A DNA stretch of 64,000 bases from assembly GCA_036867785.1 (NCBI GenBank), contig CP145419.1, positions 930,001 through 994,000 on the forward strand. The letters are read 5' to 3'. The DNA is from Plasmodiophora brassicae (lineage: Eukaryota). Each line of letters opens with the position of its first letter. Positions within the stretch are counted from its first letter, which is position 1. A program made the translations under genes and the position numbers. Below, one piece after another: positions 23,738-35,532 of the stretch. The notes beneath the pieces were generated by a model. It did no database searches, was not told where the DNA came from, and was given only the letters and a program-made list of their open reading frames with translations.

Positions 23738-24535
23738 ATGAACGCTAGCAGCGTCGTTGTTGCTGTTGTGGCTGTGGCCGCAGCAGCAGTCGTTCTCGTC
23801 GGTGCAATGCCAGCTGGAGGCCAATCGAGCCGCCCCGGTCGGGCATCTACGACGTCGCATGGGCGAGGCCAGCCTGTTCTTATTGACCAGAACCAATGGT
23901 ATCAGGAAGCCGCGAACCTCTGGGTTCGCAGAACCGATGGCGCCAAGTACGTCGGCGATGTCATCCGGCAAGCGGATGGCGGAGGCGTGGTTCCGCATGG
24001 AGTTGGAAAGTGCACAATTCCTGGCGTCGTGTCGTACACAGGATCGTGGCGTAACGGATACCAGCACGGGAACGGCGGACTTGTTTCGGACGGCAGCAGG
24101 CCGTTTGCCTATCATGGCATGTTCAAAGACGGCCTGCCGTTCGGGTCCGGTGTCTTCAGTTCTGGATCGGAAGGATGGCGTTACCAAGGACACTTTGTGA
24201 ATAACAAGCGTCATGGTTACGGCGTGTTGGCCGATTGCGAAGGGCAACTGCTTAAGGGCCAATGGCGTCTCGGTCGGTTGGATGGTCACGGAAAGGTCCT
24301 GCTCTCCGACGGACGTACCCTCGAAGGAGAGTTCTCCGAATGGGATCCTCGCATCAACGTTCTGGAAGGGTCATTCCGTGGCAAGGTGACCGACATCGCC
24401 GGACTGCAGATTACGCAGCTCAACAGGAACACCTCGAAGAGTGACATTGTGAACGCGAGGAACGTTGTCCGAAAACGCCACCGTGCTGACGACGTCGATG
24501 GCGACAGTACTGGTGAACCCTGGTTGACACTCTGA
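23738..24535 (+). CDS. Secreted MORN-repeat protein, paralog 1
   Basis: Hydrophobic signal (MNASSVVVAVVAVAAAAVVLVGA), MORN units YTGSWRNGYQHGNG, YHGMFKDGLPFGSG and YQGHFVNNKRHGYG, and tail RKRHR. Intronless. Confidence 0.88.
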   Translation: MNASSVVVAVVAVAAAAVVLVGAMPAGGQSSRPGRASTTSHGRGQPVLIDQNQWYQEAANLWVRRTDGAKYVGDVIRQADGGGVVPHGVGKCTIPGVVSYTGSWRNGYQHGNGGLVSDGSRPFAYHGMFKDGLPFGSGVFSSGSEGWRYQGHFVNNKRHGYGVLADCEGQLLKGQWRLGRLDGHGKVLLSDGRTLEGEFSEWDPRINVLEGSFRGKVTDIAGLQITQLNRNTSKSDIVNARNVVRKRHRADDVDGDSTGEPWLTL

Positions 24536-25345
24536 AACTGACAAGCCTGTTGTCGCCAGCAAATAAAGGCCCCTTCATCTGTGCCTTTTCTACTTTGTAA
24601 CGGAATACCTGAGGCATCGAAAGGTTTAATTTGTAAAGCAGCTGGTCCCCATTAGAGCATTGCACACCGGTCAACACTTGCCGACACTTCTACTTTCTGG
24701 CAGCAGTTAGCAAGTGCCTGAGCAGCGCCTTACCCCCATCTATAAGCGCTCTCAGTATCAACTAGGGACCTGCATGCCTTCGTTCCATCATTGATAAAAA
24801 CGGTTGCAAATAGCAAAGTCATCGATGCCCTGGAAAAGGCCTCCAGTTGAGACCCTGCCCGGATGTCTCTCGCCAATGACACCCGAAATAATGGTACTAC
24901 ATGGCTCCCATGCATACTTGCACTTCATGGCTTGCTGAAGCAACTCGACCATCGCAGCGATGATACTCGGAATCGGGCTTCTACATACTCTGACGAGCTG
25001 ACGCCGCTAACGCGTTTCGTGTGGTTTTGTTCGCCGTCAGGGAGCATTCAGCTGTAGGTGGGCATCTGCCGCTATAAGAACGGCGGTGCGCGCGCAGGAT
25101 GTGGTTAACCAGTGCGAGCCGTGTGATCGTCACACGCCCGCTTGAGCTACCTTGGTGCCTTGGTGGCCCCTGTGGCCCTGTGACGGCGTCCACTGGCAGC
25201 ACCGAAGCGACCGCCGTACATTCCCTCGTGTGACTGCTGGTCTTCTCGTAATTCTGTATACACGTACACCGCCGCTTCAATCCCATCCCGATCGCGGCGC
25301 TCGTACGATCAGGCGCCAGACTATTAAGGCACCCAGAGCGACGTC

Positions 25346-26463
25346 ATGGTGCTCCCACCGACCGAGCTCCCGTGCACTGGGACGCTGACCACGTTCGAGC
25401 CGATCACGAGGCTCGACAACGCAACCTGTAGGCTGAACGCGCCGTCTGACCTGGGCACCAACTGATCACCCAGCGACGTTCTTTGTTGTAGACTGTGCCG
25501 TCACTGGCGGCATCATCTATATGATCCTATCGAATGTGCACACCCTGGCCAACAAGTACCAGCGTGCTGTGAAGTGTCTGTCGCGAGCAGATCGACCCCT
25601 GCCCAACATGATCATCATCATCGAGTTCGCCCTGGTCGCAATCTGGATCTCTCTTCTGATCGGCGACCTGCTCAACTCCACCTGTAATGCCGTTGGCGTT
25701 TCGTACTCGACACACTTCGCCCTGTCCTACATGGTTGACGCCCATCGTCTGTACCCCTTCCGTTCACCTCTGACCGTGGGCCGTTTCGCAGACTTTGCAT
25801 TCGTTCTACCTGTCTCAGATTACGCTGTTCACTGCAAGGATCCTAACCATTTGCCGGAATTTCGCGACGCTGACGGTTCCCAGGGGCATTTCCTACCTCG
25901 AGCAGGTCATCGTTCTCAAATCCATCATATCGCCCATCGTGTTCGCTATCCGAACGTTTGGCGTCGCCGGCAACCAGATCCAGACCTGGGGTAACTACAA
26001 CGAGCAATGGATGGTGGAAGTCGGGGTTACTATTGGCATCCTTCTCATTACCATCGCATCCGCTGCGAAACTCGAATTAATCAAGGACAAGGTCTGGTAT
26101 AACTTCCCCATGTGGCCGACATCAAGTGAACCTAACTGCACTGTACAGAGGCTCCAAACGCCGATCTACAATATCGCCATCATGCTGATAGAGCCATTTG
26201 TGTCAATGGTGTTCGACCTATTGGAAAGCGGGTTCAAAGTTTGGATCCCACCAATGACGGTCTGGAAAGTCATGGAGTTCCTCATCCTTCGCACCAGCTT
26301 CACAATGACGACACGTCTGGATCGGACCCTGCACGAGAAATCGGCCGGTGCCACAACGGGCACCCATAGCAAAGGTCCAGCTGTGTCCGGCGCCCCTGCC
26401 TCCAGGATTGCCAGTTCTCCCGCCGAAGGAGGCAGTGTTGTGCCTCTCACTTCCCGCACCTAA
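25346..26463 (+). CDS. Multi-pass membrane protein of unknown family (possibly 7TM receptor-like)
   Basis: Spliced ORFs 25521-25994 and 25795-26463 contain about six or seven hydrophobic segments and a low-complexity C-terminal tail. Confidence 0.55.
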
Positions 26464-26851
26464 CCAGTCTGCCTCGCATCGTCGTTCCGCCACAGTGTTC
26501 GCGTTTTCGCTTCTCTTCCGTGTTACGGTACCACTGGCTGTATCGCTGTCGTGCACATCATTCCACTTCCTCGTGTTTCCGAATTCAATAAACCTGAGAC
26601 ATTGACGGTGTGCCACGCCTGCATGACCCGTCCCCTGACGGGGGATCGCGATGATTTCGTTGGTGGACCGCGCCTTCGTCAGCGTGTCCAGACTGCGAGC
26701 CGGCCTATAATTCGACGGTTCCGACCCGATGTCCGAACTCGCAGGGTGGGGCGTTTCCAGTTAGTTGCGCAGAAATAGTGCCCGAATGCCGACTGAACGG
26801 GACGCGGCCACCTCATCAGTTTCGATGGATCGCTGCGAGAAGCCCAGGTGC

Positions 26852-27667
26852 ATGACTGCGGCCATGATGCTGGCCGGCCTTGCTGTTGCCATTGTCGGTG
26901 CGGCAGGCCAGCCGCCAGGCGCCAGCCGTGAATCGTCTTCCCCCGATGAGGCAGCCCCGCCCGAACGGGGTCTGCCTGCCGTTGTCATTGACGAGCAGCA
27001 ATGGCATCGGGCGAAGGCAAACCACTGGGTCCACAAGACCGACGGCTCCACGTACACTGGCGATGCGATTCAAAACCCGAATGGCGACGGCATGGTCCCC
27101 CATGGTCACGGACGACACGTTGTTGCGGACGAGGCGGCTTACACGGGACAATGGTATCAGGGTCTCCCACATGGCGAAGGTCACACGTCCTCGATCGACG
27201 GATTGATGAGCTACCAGGGCAAGTTCAAACACGGCCAGTGGGCTGGGTTCGGGGTTGCCATTGAGACTGCGGATGGAGGGCGACGCTACGAAGGACACCG
27301 GGTCAATGGCGCTCGTCACGGCCATGGCACGTGGACGGATACGGACGGGCAGGTCCTGGAAGGTCAGTGGCATCAGGGTTTCTTTGAAGGGCGCGGTCGA
27401 GTTGTGCTGGCCGACGGTCGTACCCTCGACGGCCAATTCCGCCAGTGGGACCCAGTTAGTAACTCGGTCTGTGGGTCCTTCCGGGGCCAGATGGTCGACG
27501 CCATGGGACAGGACATCGCTCGTTTGAAACGGTGGGTGTCGAAACGTGACGTCTTGGGTGCGTTGCCAGTTCTCGTGAAACGGGAGCGCACAGCTGACGA
27601 TGGCGGTGGTGGTCAGTCTGAAGGCGACCAGCAACCCAAACTTGTCAAGACTGAACCGCACCTGTGA
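26852..27667 (+). CDS. Secreted MORN-repeat protein, paralog 2
   Basis: Signal MTAAMMLAGLAVAIVGAAG, MORN units YTGQWYQGLPHGEG and YEGHRVNGARHGHG, and tail KRERT...PKLVKTE. Confidence 0.88.
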   Translation: MTAAMMLAGLAVAIVGAAGQPPGASRESSSPDEAAPPERGLPAVVIDEQQWHRAKANHWVHKTDGSTYTGDAIQNPNGDGMVPHGHGRHVVADEAAYTGQWYQGLPHGEGHTSSIDGLMSYQGKFKHGQWAGFGVAIETADGGRRYEGHRVNGARHGHGTWTDTDGQVLEGQWHQGFFEGRGRVVLADGRTLDGQFRQWDPVSNSVCGSFRGQMVDAMGQDIARLKRWVSKRDVLGALPVLVKRERTADDGGGGQSEGDQQPKLVKTEPHL

Positions 27668-27919
27668 ATCTTGCAACTGGCATGTCTCCGGCCACAGGGA
27701 TTCCGAACCATGCAGGCTGCGTCGATCGACGTCCACTTCGACTCACCGGTACTCTCGATACGTGATACAATACGGTCTTGAAGAAACACATGATCACGGG
27801 TCACGACTGACGAGCCACTAGCCACTGCCCGTCGCCAGAAATAGTGCAGCCTGACGGAGTTCCCCGGGAGGTCGCGTCCGTTCGTGCTGCTGCCGCCCAC
27901 CTCATTCCGGCACCGCAGC

Positions 27920-28735
27920 ATGACGTCGTCTGGAAACATCATCGCAGTCGTTGCGGTGGTCGTCGCCGCTGTCGTCACCAACGTCAGTGCGGCAGGCCGG
28001 CAGGGCCGGATGCGTTCTACCCATCAGGACAAGGCCCCGCCCAGACCATCCCGGCCCGTTATAACCATTGACCCGCAGCATTGGCATCGTGTGGGCGCAG
28101 ACTGGACCCACAACGCTAGGGGCTATACGTACAATGGAGAGGTCATCCAGCAACGCAACGGTGCCGTCATGGCCCCGCATGGATGTGGCCGGTTCACTGT
28201 TCCCGGCAAATGGGTTTATAGCGGACAGTGGCAGAACGGACGGCGCCATGGGGAAGGCAAGTATATGCAGGCCGACGGATCATACAGTTACCATGGCAGG
28301 TTGAAACATGGTAACCCGTTCGGATACGGCGTCGCCATCCATGGGGATGGGTGGCGATACGAAGGGCACTGGGTCAACGGCAAGCGACACGGCCAGGGGA
28401 AGTGGACCGATACGGAAGGGCAGGTCCTGGAAGGCCAGTGGCACCAGAACCGGTTGCACGGTCGCGGTCGCGCCACTGGGCTGGCCGACGGACGCTCCCT
28501 CGATGGCCAGTTCACCAAGTGGGATCCTGACGTTGCCGGAGGAACGTTCCGTGGCAGGGTGTTCGACGCCAGGGCACAGCTGCTGATCCGCTACACCGAC
28601 TGGACTTCCAAGCGTGACACGTTGCACGCGCTAGCCGCTCCTCGGAGACTCCAACGTGATGAGAATAATGCCGACGGTGGACAACCTGGCGGCCGGTCAT
28701 TCCCGAAGCGTGCTCGGCTGGCAATTTCGTCTTAG
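27920..28735 (+). CDS. Secreted MORN-repeat protein, paralog 3
   Basis: Signal MTSSGNIIAVVAVVVAAVVTNVSAA, MORN units YSGQWQNGRRHGEG and YEGHWVNGKRHGQG, and tail RRLQR...PKRARL. Confidence 0.9.
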   Translation: MTSSGNIIAVVAVVVAAVVTNVSAAGRQGRMRSTHQDKAPPRPSRPVITIDPQHWHRVGADWTHNARGYTYNGEVIQQRNGAVMAPHGCGRFTVPGKWVYSGQWQNGRRHGEGKYMQADGSYSYHGRLKHGNPFGYGVAIHGDGWRYEGHWVNGKRHGQGKWTDTEGQVLEGQWHQNRLHGRGRATGLADGRSLDGQFTKWDPDVAGGTFRGRVFDARAQLLIRYTDWTSKRDTLHALAAPRRLQRDENNADGGQPGGRSFPKRARLAISS

Positions 28736-29218
28736 TCCCGGCGGTATTCCCTGCGCCTGGTGACGAATACAGGTCACGTTCACAGTGCATCTGCGTCGCT
28801 ATGGAACGTGTCCTTCCCAGACATGGTCTGTAACCGAGCATCGAAACGGTAGTCGACAATGAGTAACAGGTATCGTTCCACATGGGGTACACCGTCCACG
28901 ATTTCGTGGACGTATCCGGCGTATCAGCGCGGTGGCGCGCAGGCCATTCAGCAGTTGAGTTTGACGCCCCAGATGGTCCATCGCCCGTCTTCATCGCAGC
29001 CATCAGGTGCAGGAGCGCCGACGACATCGCGTCACACCGCGTTGCTCGCTTACGTACTTACTACACACCAAGACACGACGACCAAGGCGGTCACTGTCGG
29101 CGGGCACCTTCATAGGGTGGGTGTCCGCGGAGTCCGCCAGTGGCACCGCAAATTAGGTCGCCTGCGCTGCAAGCTGCGCGTGCGATCCGTTCGTCGCAGT
29201 TGTCAACCGGCGGTAGCT

Positions 29219-29968
29219 ATGAAGCCCGGCCGCCGCAACATGCTCGCAGTCGTCATGGTTGCCGTCGTCGCTGTCGCCGTCAATGCTGCGGGTCGCCGAC
29301 CGCCGCCAGACAGGCCGGCACGACCCGCTGCCGACGTCGTGATCCCGACACCACGGCCCCGACCCGCGCTGACCATCGACGACCAGCACTGGCGACGCGC
29401 CGGCGCAGGCTGGGTGCACAAGACCCGGGGCTGGACGTACCGCGGCGATGTCGTCCAGCATGGCGCCGGCGTCGTCGTTCCACAGGGACGCGGACGGGTC
29501 AGCGATCCCGGCAACGCGACGTACGTCGGACAGTGGCAGAACGGCAGGCGTCACGGCGAAGGCGAATACCTCGCCACCGACGGGTCGTACGCCTATCGGG
29601 GCCGGTTCAGGCACGACGTACCGACCGGGTACGGCGTCAGCAGCCATGCGAACGGATGGCGGTACGAAGGGCATCACGTGCAGGGCGAGCGACACGGCCA
29701 CGGGACGTGGACGGATACTGCCGGGCAGGTCCTCGACGGGCAGTGGCGCCTGAACCTGTTCCATGGCCGCGGCCGGGTCCTGCTGGCCGACGGGCGCGCG
29801 CTCGACGGCGAGTTCGCCGAGTGGATGCCTCGCGCCAGCGACGGGTCGTTCCGGGGCCAGGTGATCGACGCCCGGGGACGGGTCACGCGTCGCATCACCG
29901 AGTGGACGTCGAAACGCGACCTTCTGGTCGCGCGCGCTGATCCTCGGAGGCCTGGGCACCCAGAGTGA
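29219..29968 (+). CDS. Secreted MORN-repeat protein, paralog 4 (short tail)
   Basis: Signal MKPGRRNMLAVVMVAVVAVAVNAA and MORN units YVGQWQNGRRHGEG and YEGHHVQGERHGHG. Confidence 0.88.
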   Translation: MKPGRRNMLAVVMVAVVAVAVNAAGRRPPPDRPARPAADVVIPTPRPRPALTIDDQHWRRAGAGWVHKTRGWTYRGDVVQHGAGVVVPQGRGRVSDPGNATYVGQWQNGRRHGEGEYLATDGSYAYRGRFRHDVPTGYGVSSHANGWRYEGHHVQGERHGHGTWTDTAGQVLDGQWRLNLFHGRGRVLLADGRALDGEFAEWMPRASDGSFRGQVIDARGRVTRRITEWTSKRDLLVARADPRRPGHPE

Positions 29969-30083
29969 CCGCTCTCGCCAAGCTCACGGGGTGGGGCGAC
30001 CACGCCACCCATGAAATACAGATCCGTCGACTGCCTGGATAGATAGCTTCATCATACACGGTCAGAATGGGGGGGTCTGGCGG

Positions 30084-33000
30084 TCACCATATCTACAGGG
30101 GATCGACCACAGGTCAGGCCGTGGCCATGTGGCGTGACGCGCCCTCCTACCCTTGGTATCAAACTGGACCGGTCGGCCTCCAGCTTGCGTTGGATCCGGT
30201 TGACCTCGTCAGCGTCGAACGCGAGAATGTTGGAGATGACAGGCAGCAACGCCTGAGGGGGTTCCGTCAGACGGGGCCAACGTCCAGCGGGGGACGCACA
30301 GACGTTACCAGCTGCTCGTCCGTCTCCATGTACTTCACGATCACGTGCTTCAGGTAACTGCCGAGATCAGGCGGGGTCAGTCCCAGACGTCGACGGCGCA
30401 ACACCCGCGGATCGTACTCGAGGTTCGCCCCAGATCGCTCACTGGACTTGGAGACCTCGCGGATCTGGGCATGCAACTGCTGGATCTGGGCCGCCTGGGT
30501 GGCGTTCTGCAGGCCAGGCCGTAAGTACCATTGGAATGAACCCCTCCCCCCTCCCCCCACACCGTGCTGCCACTGCCAGCGTACCTGAATTTCAGCCTCG
30601 CGAAGCAACGACTGCAGTCTGGCGATGTTGGCAGACTGGTCAGCGGTCGGCTCCGGTTCCCGGTCCGGGTGGGCCCGTCTCGGCGACGCCCCCGTGGCGC
30701 CTGCCGCAGCCGTTGCTGCCGACGACGACGACGACTGCCTCAGTGCGTCGACCTCTCCCTGAAGCATGCGGGCCTGCCGTTGGAGATCACGAACGGTCTC
30801 CTCCGATTCGGATATGCGAAGGTGCAACTCGCCGATCGTCGTGTCGCGGTCCTGCCACGAACGATCAGCGAAACGCGAATCGATGGCCGGCAGCAATCGT
30901 ACCCGAATGATTTGTGTGGCGGCAGACCGGTTGCGTTGCAGGTCATCCTGGGCGGCTTTCAGGCGAGCGTCAAGCGCGGCGACAACGGACGATTCCTCTT
31001 GTTGCTGGCGAAGGACGAGGCGCTCGTTCTCGAGATGGGCAGACTGCAGTTCGGCAGACCATTTCACCTCAGCGTCGTGCAGCGCTTTGCGACCCGCCTC
31101 AACGAGACGTTGCAGACGGATGATCTCCGCGTTGCTGCGATCTACAGTTTCGGATGACGACCGTTCGGCGGCACGACGTAATGCGTCCCGCTCCTCACGA
31201 AGGGCATCGATTTCATCCTGAAGTTCGGCCATGCGTACCGAATCGCCAGACTACGCAGGTTGCTCAGTTGCGAACCCAAACCCGGCGGCGGCCCAGTGGC
31301 AAACCGTTTCTTGTAGGACGCGCGTCGCTTGAGCTTTGTACTCTGAGAACTCGCGACGCACTTGTTCCAGTTCGTTCTGCCGACGCTCCAGTTCCGCATT
31401 CTGAAGTTTACGTCAGGTTAACACCGAGCTGGGGTCGTGCCGGAACAAGGACCAGTACCAGGTCGGCCACCTTCCGTTCGAACTTTCTCGCAGCGCCGTC
31501 CCACTTCTTGTCGAATTTAGCTTTCAGGTTGGTTTCCGATTGGAAGTCAATCGACCGCGGAAGGGAAACACCAGACGAAAGCGTGCACGCCTCGCGCGCC
31601 TAAACAACTGTCAGCAAAGTATTACGTGACGACGCAGCAACAACAATTCTACATGGAGCAACTCCAGGTCGGAGACATTCCCAGTCATAATACGCTTCGA
31701 TTCGGGTGAATGGACATCAAACGCGGCTACCGTCGTCCAAAACGACGCAGTGGGCCCTTCTAAGGAACTCGTGAGGGAGCCGGTCAATGGATGGGATGCC
31801 AGAGACGACGTACCGGCACCAGGTTGCCGCAAATGTACGAAGAGCCACCACTGGTCGCCGATCTTGCACCGCTGGTTAATCTCAACCTGGACGGAAGCGT
31901 CCTCGGAAGGCGCGATATCAGACAACCAATGGGAGCTGATGATCTGCGATAACTGTTGATTCCGAACGGTGAGCGACGCGTTCGCCGTCTTCATCTCGGC
32001 GATGCACTTGTTGGCACGGATCAGGCACGCTTTCAACTTCTGCTTCTCGCCTTCCAGCGCGGTGTGTCGCTCCTGCAGGGATTGCAGTTCTTTGTCGGCC
32101 TGTTCCAGACGGGCAGAGATCGACGCCTTCTCCTTCTGCGTCTCGCCATGTGCAAGCTCCAGCATCTCAATCGACTTGGATAGATGGAGCACTTGCGTTT
32201 CAGCAGTCTGCGCTCTGAATAGCGCGGCCTGTACATGTTCGGAATGGTCCTAGAAGACAATCAGAAAGAGAGGACTGCGTGCCCCCCAACGTCAGCGCCG
32301 TACCTTGTCAACCTTCTCGTCATCCGGTTTCGCCTCTTCTTTGTACTTCTTCAGTGCCCTTCCAAACTGGGCGACCTTCTTCTTCTCTTCCAGCCACTTC
32401 TTTTCCATGGCCGCGTACTAAAACACATTCTCAGGGGCAAACGAAGGCAAATTCATCGTGATGCGCGAACCTTCTCCGATTCGTCATCTGCCCGTTTTCG
32501 GGCGGCCGTCACCTGCTCCTTGAGGACGTGTTTCAAGCGGGCGTTCATACGCTTGAGAGATTCAACGGACTCGTCGTCCGCGGTGCCATCCGCAGACGAC
32601 GACGGTCCAGGCCCGCCTCTTTCGACGGTATATGACAGTGCTGATAGGAGATGGTCGGCGAACTGCTTCCACTTGTCCAGCTCACCGCTGAGGATATCCA
32701 CGCGTTCCAGGTCATCACGAGCATGATCACTGCTGGTCAGACGCTCGACAGCAGCAACACGATGACGAAGTGCGTCCCAGGATTCCGAGGTGACAACGCG
32801 GAACGTCCGGGATCCAGTCAGAGACGCATAACGATGCTCCAGCTCATCGAGCGACCGAAGCAGCGACCTCGATACGTGCAGTTGAGCACGTAGTTGGGCC
32901 ACCTCTGACCGCAACAAGTCATTGTCGACCTCTGCCCTCTCAGCTTTCAATCGAGCTTCCTCGAGGAGAAGCTCGAGTGACGACGAGGCGTCTGCGTCGG

Positions 33001-35310
33001 AGACAGCGGCGCCCGCGGATGAGTGAGGCGCTGAGACGTCGTCCCCATGAGCATCGGAAACAGCGGCGCGGTCACTCGTGGATTTAGGAGCAGAAGCAGA
33101 CGACCGACGAGCGCGATCCAACTGCGATTCAAGGTCGGTGCTGACGGCCTGTTGGTTGGCAAGCGCGTCTCTGGCAGCGGTAAGCTCTGAACGAAGCTCA
33201 TCGATCAGCGCATCTGAATTGACGCGAGCACCATTGAGAACGTCAATGTCGGCGCTTAACGACTGAACGATGGACGAACTGTCGGTGGCGTTGTGGCGAA
33301 TCGTATGCAGTAGGCTTTCACAGACGCCGGCGCGAACGGATCCCAACTCCCCCTCCAGCGACGCAATCAGCGACGCATTGCGAACCTCGTTCTCCTGAAG
33401 CGCTTGGAGTTCGTCGTTCAGGTTGCGTACGAGATCTTGGAACACACCCGAGTTCGACAGAGCGACCTCTGCCGTCCTGCGAATATCATCGTTCGACAAA
33501 GCGTTGGCCCTCGACGACGTCAACTGCTCATGCAAGGATCGGTTCTCGTCGGTCAGCTGGTCCACCTGCGATTGTAACGTGTGCACGAGGTTCTGCAACG
33601 CGGTCGGTGATTGTGCCCTGGCGGCTGCGGCATTGGCGTCCGCCTGAACCTCCTCCAAAGCCCGATGCGACGATTCCAACTCCATGCGCAGCCGCTTGAC
33701 CTTGGTCTTCAGCGTGTCGCGCTCCTCGACCAGCTTGTCGAGCTCCGCCTTCTTCGAGGAATGGACGGTATCGAGCTGGCTGCGTAAATCGGAGATCTGC
33801 AACCTCGCCGCATCGCAATCTGCTCGCAATGAAGCGACCTCGGAGGTCAGCGACGCGTTCTCTGCTTGCGACTCCTGCAGGTCCTGCTGGGTCGTTTCAA
33901 GCTTCGATAGCTGGGCTCTTACCTTCTGAAGAGCAGCCGTGTCGGCGCGGGCGGCTTCAGAAGCAGCGTTTGCGGAGGCGAGCTGTTCCCGTAGCGTTGC
34001 CAGGTCGTCCCGGGCGGCGACCAATTCAGCCTCTTTCGCCTGGAGCTCACCACGAAGTGCTAGGACTTCCGACTGCGCACGATCCAGCTTCATCGTCAGC
34101 GATGCGTCATCAGTACTGCTTGACGACTGCTGGGCGTCCAGTTGGCCGTGCAGATTGGCGATCTGCGATCTGGCGGCATCGAGATCGGCCTGCAAAGAGG
34201 CGATTTGCGAGTGCAACAACGCGTTTTCGGGTGATGGTTCCTGCAGGTCGGGTCGGGTCGCTTCAGGCGTATCCAGCTGGGTTTGCCGTTTCGCGTCAGG
34301 CGACCGCCGCCTTTCAAGTGCCGACTTCTCGGCCGCAACGGCCCGCAACGTCGCCACGTCGCCCTGGCTCGCTGCTAACGCAGCAGCAGTTGCCTGGAGT
34401 TGGTCGCGAAGCGCGACGGCCCCTGACTGCTCCTGATCCAGCGCCGATGTCAACTCGTTGATCTTCGTTGTTCTAGAGTCGAGCTGACCCTTCAGCTCTG
34501 CCAGTTCCTCGGCATAGCCGGACGAGATCTGCGAGAAGGATCAACGCCTGTGACATCTGGAGATGGCTTCGCTGGAGTCGTACTTCCTGCAGCGCTTTCA
34601 GCTCGTCATTCGGACGAGACTCCAAACGCGCAATCTGCTCGCGCAACGTCTGGTTCGTCGTTTCCTGTTGCTCCAGGCGCTCCATGAGCGTCGCCCGTGC
34701 CTGACAATGCCTTGAGCGACAGTTCTCCACAACAACACGACCGTGAGCGCAAACCTGTTTCAGTTGCTGGACCATATTTGTCACCCCAGCCATCCGACTA
34801 TGCTCCTTCTGTAAATCCTTCTCCTTCTGTTCGAGGGCCTGCCATGGTGTCAGTCGATAAGGCGGCACGTGCCGACCGTGCCACCCACCTGTTTCATCTG
34901 CTCAAAGGCCGCCGCCATTTCAGGGTCGGAAGAGCCGTGCGTTTTCATCTGCTCGGCGCCAGCCAGCTATGTGACCTTATTCAAAGGGTTGCGGGACACC
35001 CGAACGCGACAAGGAGTACGCCTACCGCTTGTGAACGCTGGCCCGCAAGCTGTTTCAATTGTTGCTCGTAATCATTCACAAGCTCTAGCTTCTCCTTCTC
35101 GGCGCGCTTCTTCAGCAGGGCCACGAGTCGTTTCGCGTCCGCCTGCGACTTCTTTTTCAACCCTGCCAGCGCCCCCCCGTCAACTCGCCGCGCCCGGCAA
35201 TGCCGGCGACACCACGCACCTTCGACATATTCGCGGACCGCGGGCGTCATCTCGGCCTCGACGTCGGCGCCCGCAGCGACGACGCCGCCGCCGTCGCCGG
35301 CGTCCGCCAT
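30084..35310 (-). CDS. GRIP-domain golgin (long coiled coil)
   Basis: Multi-exon heptad-rich ORFs, including 32453-34453. C-terminal GRIP-like sequence ANLE|YLKHVIVKYMETDEQL...LLPVISNILAFDADEV. Confidence 0.82.
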
Positions 35311-35532
35311 CGGCGCCGATCCGCGCGCACCACCACCCGACCGCGATGCGATCGACGCTGTCCCCGTTGCAGTTCGTGGAATCCAGCCACAGCACCGGAA
35401 AAAACAGCAACAAATTAATTGTCGTTTTTGCATTTCCGCAGTCAACCACGCCACAGGTGCGGCGGCACTGCAAAAGACTGCGTCGCCGCGGGTCATTTGG
35501 AATTCGGCGTCGGGGACTGCACGACGTCGGTC

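Noticed and set aside
24540-24930. AT-richer segment after MORN paralog 1 as a TE insertion truncating its tail
   Set aside because: The short minus-strand ORFs have no recognisable transposase motif, TIR or TSD, so it cannot be supported without a search.
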